Shown here in pieces: positions 61,514-64,000 of a DNA stretch of 64,000 nt. Source of the stretch: a virus (lineage: Duplodnaviria > Caudoviricetes); the IMG/VR virus record IMGVR_UViG_3300032030_000073, positions 4,086 through 68,085 of that record; one strand, given 5' to 3'. How positions within the stretch are numbered: position 1 is the first letter of the stretch; every line of letters starts with the position of its first letter. The notes beneath the pieces are model-generated. The model was not told the origin of the DNA and ran no database searches. It saw nothing but the letters and a program-made list of their open reading frames with translations. The position numbers were made by a program, and so were the translations under genes.

Positions 61514-61616
61514 CTGTTCTACTCCTTTCTCTTTCTCTTCGATAACCACGCGGGCGGGCTTCAACCAGAAAATGGCCTTTCAAAAGCCGCCCGCGTTCCC
61601 CGCCACCCGGCGGAAA

Positions 61617-61892
61617 TCACCTCGCCGCACCCGTCTCCTTGTTTCCCGGCTGCACCGCGCCGCCGGAAATCTGCCTGAACGTCTGCGCGTCCGCTTTCGA
61701 CGCGTCCGTGACCGTGCGAAGGCCGCTGTCGCCAGTCAGGAGGAATATCTGCGTGTTGAGCAGCTTGATAGCCATGAACGCCAAGACCAGGAACATCAAT
61801 ACGACCGTTCCCAGTATCACGTTCTGCTTCGCCTCCACCTTCGCCATGCGCTCCAGCAGGATGCAGCCTTCGGATGTTCCCTTCATGCACAT
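61617..61892 (-). CDS. Single-TM holin-like protein
   Basis: 91 aa; coiled segment LERMAKVEAKQ then TM VILGTVVLMFLVLAFMAI. Confidence 0.5.
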   Translation of the reverse strand: MCMKGTSEGCILLERMAKVEAKQNVILGTVVLMFLVLAFMAIKLLNTQIFLLTGDSGLRTVTDASKADAQTFRQISGGAVQPGNKETGAAR

Positions 61893-61905
61893 TGAAAAAA
61901 TCCTC

Positions 61906-62631
61906 CTAAACCATGCTGCCCATGTCGAGGGCGAATCCGCCGCCGGCGTTCGCAGCGGGGCCGCCGCACTGCGAGCGCTGGCGGGCCTCCGAAAGCGCGT
62001 TGGAGTACGCGACGCCGCGCTGGCGCGCCTGCTCCGCATCCGTCCACGCCCTGCCGGTCATCGAAAAGAGCCGCGCAAGCGCGCCGTCCACGAGCGCGTC
62101 GCCGTACCGTTGCAGGAACTCCCTCGGCGCGCGCTCCTCGCCGATGTGCGGAATCTCCACGGCCTCCACCCACACCATCGGCGGGCGTGTACGCGGAGCG
62201 TCGTCCGTCGGCGCGTTCCCCACAGGAAGCGTGCCGACGTTCGGCCTCTGCTGAACGAGGTTCGGGTCGCTCCTGCCGACGAAGAAATCGTGGTGCGACG
62301 GATGAGGAAAAACGAGCCTTGGCGGGTGGCCTTCTAGCCGCCAGCCGCGCACGTCGTGGCGGACGCCGCCGCAGTCGCTCACGACCCGCGTCACGCAGTC
62401 GATCTCGCCCGACAGCACGGGCGCGACGGCGAACGCCACGCCTAGCGGAAGTGCGACCCGCCGCCACGTCCGCAACGCTGCGGAGCGGCGGCAGAAGTCG
62501 CGGTAGGTCGCCTGGAGCGTCTTGCGGATCAGAACGGAATCGCAGCCGGGGAGCAGGTACACCATGTCCTCGGCGAGCGACGGCACGGAATCGAACTCCG
62601 GCCTCTCCCATTCTGTCGTGAAGTCGCCCAT
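61906..62631 (-). CDS. Head-tail adaptor (tail tubular protein A-like)
   Basis: LPGCDSVLIRKTLQATYRDFCRRS...YGDALVDGALARLFSMTGRAWTD. Confidence 0.75.
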   Translation of the reverse strand: MGDFTTEWERPEFDSVPSLAEDMVYLLPGCDSVLIRKTLQATYRDFCRRSAALRTWRRVALPLGVAFAVAPVLSGEIDCVTRVVSDCGGVRHDVRGWRLEGHPPRLVFPHPSHHDFFVGRSDPNLVQQRPNVGTLPVGNAPTDDAPRTRPPMVWVEAVEIPHIGEERAPREFLQRYGDALVDGALARLFSMTGRAWTDAEQARQRGVAYSNALSEARQRSQCGGPAANAGGGFALDMGSMV

Positions 62632-62632
62632 G

Positions 62633-63103
62633 TCAGACGTTCACCTTCATCTTCGGGGGCCTTGTGTGCGCCGGCGACGCAGGGGCGGCGTCAAATGGAT
62701 TCGCCGCCGGATGAGAAAGCCCGCCGACGTTCGTATTGTCCTCGGACGACGCGCCGCCCTTGTCCACGCGGTTCAGCTCGACGAACGAGACGGACGGGTT
62801 GACGCCCTTCTGCTCCGTGGAGCCGACGCCCGTCACGTCCTTGCCGGCGCTGTCCTTCAAATCGAACTTCGCCTTGCGGACGTTGAGCCGATCGCGCAGG
62901 ATGTCGTACTGCGCCCAGTCGAAGGACGGGTCGTTGTTGCGCTTGGCGCGCACGGCGTTCGCGACGGTCTGCCACGGCAGCTTTCCGCCCTTCACAGCGT
63001 CGTGGATTTCGTCGTCGAGATCCACGTAGTTGATGTTGGTGGCGGTGGCCGGGGACGTGAAAACCCACCGTCCGTCGTTGATGTTCATCGAGTATTTGCC
63101 CAT
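62633..63103 (-). CDS. Hypothetical virion-morphogenesis protein
   Basis: 156 aa from ATG 63103 after AAAGGA RBS. Confidence 0.6.
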   Translation of the reverse strand: MGKYSMNINDGRWVFTSPATATNINYVDLDDEIHDAVKGGKLPWQTVANAVRAKRNNDPSFDWAQYDILRDRLNVRKAKFDLKDSAGKDVTGVGSTEQKGVNPSVSFVELNRVDKGGASSEDNTNVGGLSHPAANPFDAAPASPAHTRPPKMKVNV

Positions 63104-63184
63104 TGGGTATTCCTTTCGTTGTGAAAGATGTTGGGCGGCGCGGAGCAAAATCAAGCATCCGCGCCGCCGGACGGCAGGTTGGCG

Positions 63185-63802
63185 TTAGCCCCTGACCGCC
63201 TTCTCCTGCCACGGGTCGATGCCGGCCGCGTTCTGCTGCGGCTGCTCGACGACGCGGTAAGGCGCCGTGACCACGTTGTCAAGGCTGTCGCCATCCGGGA
63301 CGAACCCGATGATGCCGACCGTCAAGGCGCCCTGCGTACGGTCCGCGCTGCCAAGCGCAAGGAACGCGTTGAGCTTGCCAGTGGTTGCGTCAACGGCGTC
63401 GAACACGGCGGGACCTCCGGTGATCGTCGCGGCGGATTCAGCGACCGTGCCGGCGTAGCCGTTGAGGATCGTCTGGCGCTTGTACGCGCTGTTGCTGGGC
63501 GTGAACGCCGAACCGATGGTGACGTCGTTTCCGTTCACGGTGTCCGCGACCTTGAGCGTGACCGCCTCGGCGGCAGGGTACTTGCCGTTCTTGTCCTTGC
63601 CGGACTCGAAGAACGCGCCGATTGCCACGAACGACTTCGGGATGCCGAAAGCCGCCTGGTTGGCGCCGACCTCGGAGACGTCGAGCGGCGTGACCGAGAA
63701 GTCGAACTTGCGCTTGATGCACACGAGGCCGGGGTGGAACATAACGGGATCGGAGGCGCCGGGCGCGCCGAAGAGCGTGTTTGCAGTTGATGTGGCTGCC
63801 AT
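63185..63802 (-). CDS. Probable capsid decoration / minor capsid protein
   Basis: 205 aa, beta-rich, directly after the major capsid gene. Confidence 0.6.
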   Translation of the reverse strand: MAATSTANTLFGAPGASDPVMFHPGLVCIKRKFDFSVTPLDVSEVGANQAAFGIPKSFVAIGAFFESGKDKNGKYPAAEAVTLKVADTVNGNDVTIGSAFTPSNSAYKRQTILNGYAGTVAESAATITGGPAVFDAVDATTGKLNAFLALGSADRTQGALTVGIIGFVPDGDSLDNVVTAPYRVVEQPQQNAAGIDPWQEKAVRG

Positions 63803-63862
63803 GATTTACCTTCTTTCTTTTTTGTGCGCGGGAGCGGTGTTGTCCGCCCCCGCGCGGTTTCG

Positions 63863-64000
63863 TTAGGCGGCGATCTTGACGTAGCCGACCGCGAGACGCT
63901 CCGGGTACTGGAGGAACCAGTCGTACACCAGCTTGGAGCGCGAGAACGTGCCCCAGTAGTCGATGTCGGTGAGCTGGCGCTCGTCCACCATCATGTCCTC
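63863..64000 (-). CDS. Major capsid protein, C-terminal 45 aa (truncated by window edge)
   Basis: EDMMVDERQLTDIDYWGTFSRSKLVYDWFLQYPERLAVGYVKIAA*; pattern of an HK97-fold capsid C-terminus. Confidence 0.6.
   Translation of the reverse strand, partial: EDMMVDERQLTDIDYWGTFSRSKLVYDWFLQYPERLAVGYVKIAA

Larger units (their letters stand above)
1..64000. mobile_element. Temperate tailed phage (podovirus-like), extrachromosomal (attP) configuration, partial circularly permuted genome
   Basis: Terminase, adaptor, nozzle, ejection and capsid genes, a repressor/Cro switch, and an integrase with intact attP; no host housekeeping genes seen. Confidence 0.93.

Noticed and set aside
1-64000. Phage DNA or RNA polymerase, transposase, intron/intein, rRNA
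   Set aside because: No diagnostic motifs seen in any ORF; the giant protein lacks a DxDGD-type RNA polymerase motif by eye

Overview
The whole window reads as most of the genome of one GC-rich temperate tailed phage with a podovirus-like virion. It looks circularly permuted: it starts inside the probable portal gene and ends inside the major capsid gene, so the rest of the portal, the scaffold and most of the capsid gene lie outside it. Two arms diverge from a repeat-rich non-coding region at about 2.85-4.35 kb. The + strand arm (4.5-33 kb) carries small early genes, a secondary and a primary immunity region (XRE repressor and Cro-like gene), recombination and replication genes (RecT-like, ERCC4, RecD2, primase-helicase; no DNA or RNA polymerase seen), and an accessory block with Lar-like, ASCH, DUF4406, C5- and N6-DNA methyltransferase and RlmN/Cfr-like radical SAM genes. 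The - strand arm carries terminase and the late genes: capsid end, adaptors, a lysis-like trio, tail fibre, a Tad2-like gene, a split nozzle with an Ig-like repeat stalk, and three ejection proteins, one a 3638-aa polyvalent protein. A tyrosine integrase and an intact attP (3' end of a tRNA-Pro plus arm repeats) sit at 32.9-34.5 kb. The most notable unannotated signals are: (1) two paralogous, covarying structured RNA leaders with a P4 CI / P1 C4-like target-antisense-target layout (4408-4527 and 10486-10620); (2) a phage-specific late-promoter motif GGTAAAG-N4-GGTAAAG-N6-(-10) found three times; (3) a two-subunit C5 methyltransferase read in two overlapping frames from one RBS; (4) an RlmN/Cfr-like enzyme in a phage; (5) a nozzle gene interrupted by about 11 Ig-like repeats. 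All protein family calls come from motif recognition by eye, not database searches. A Kiritimatiellae/PVC-like gut host is only an inference.
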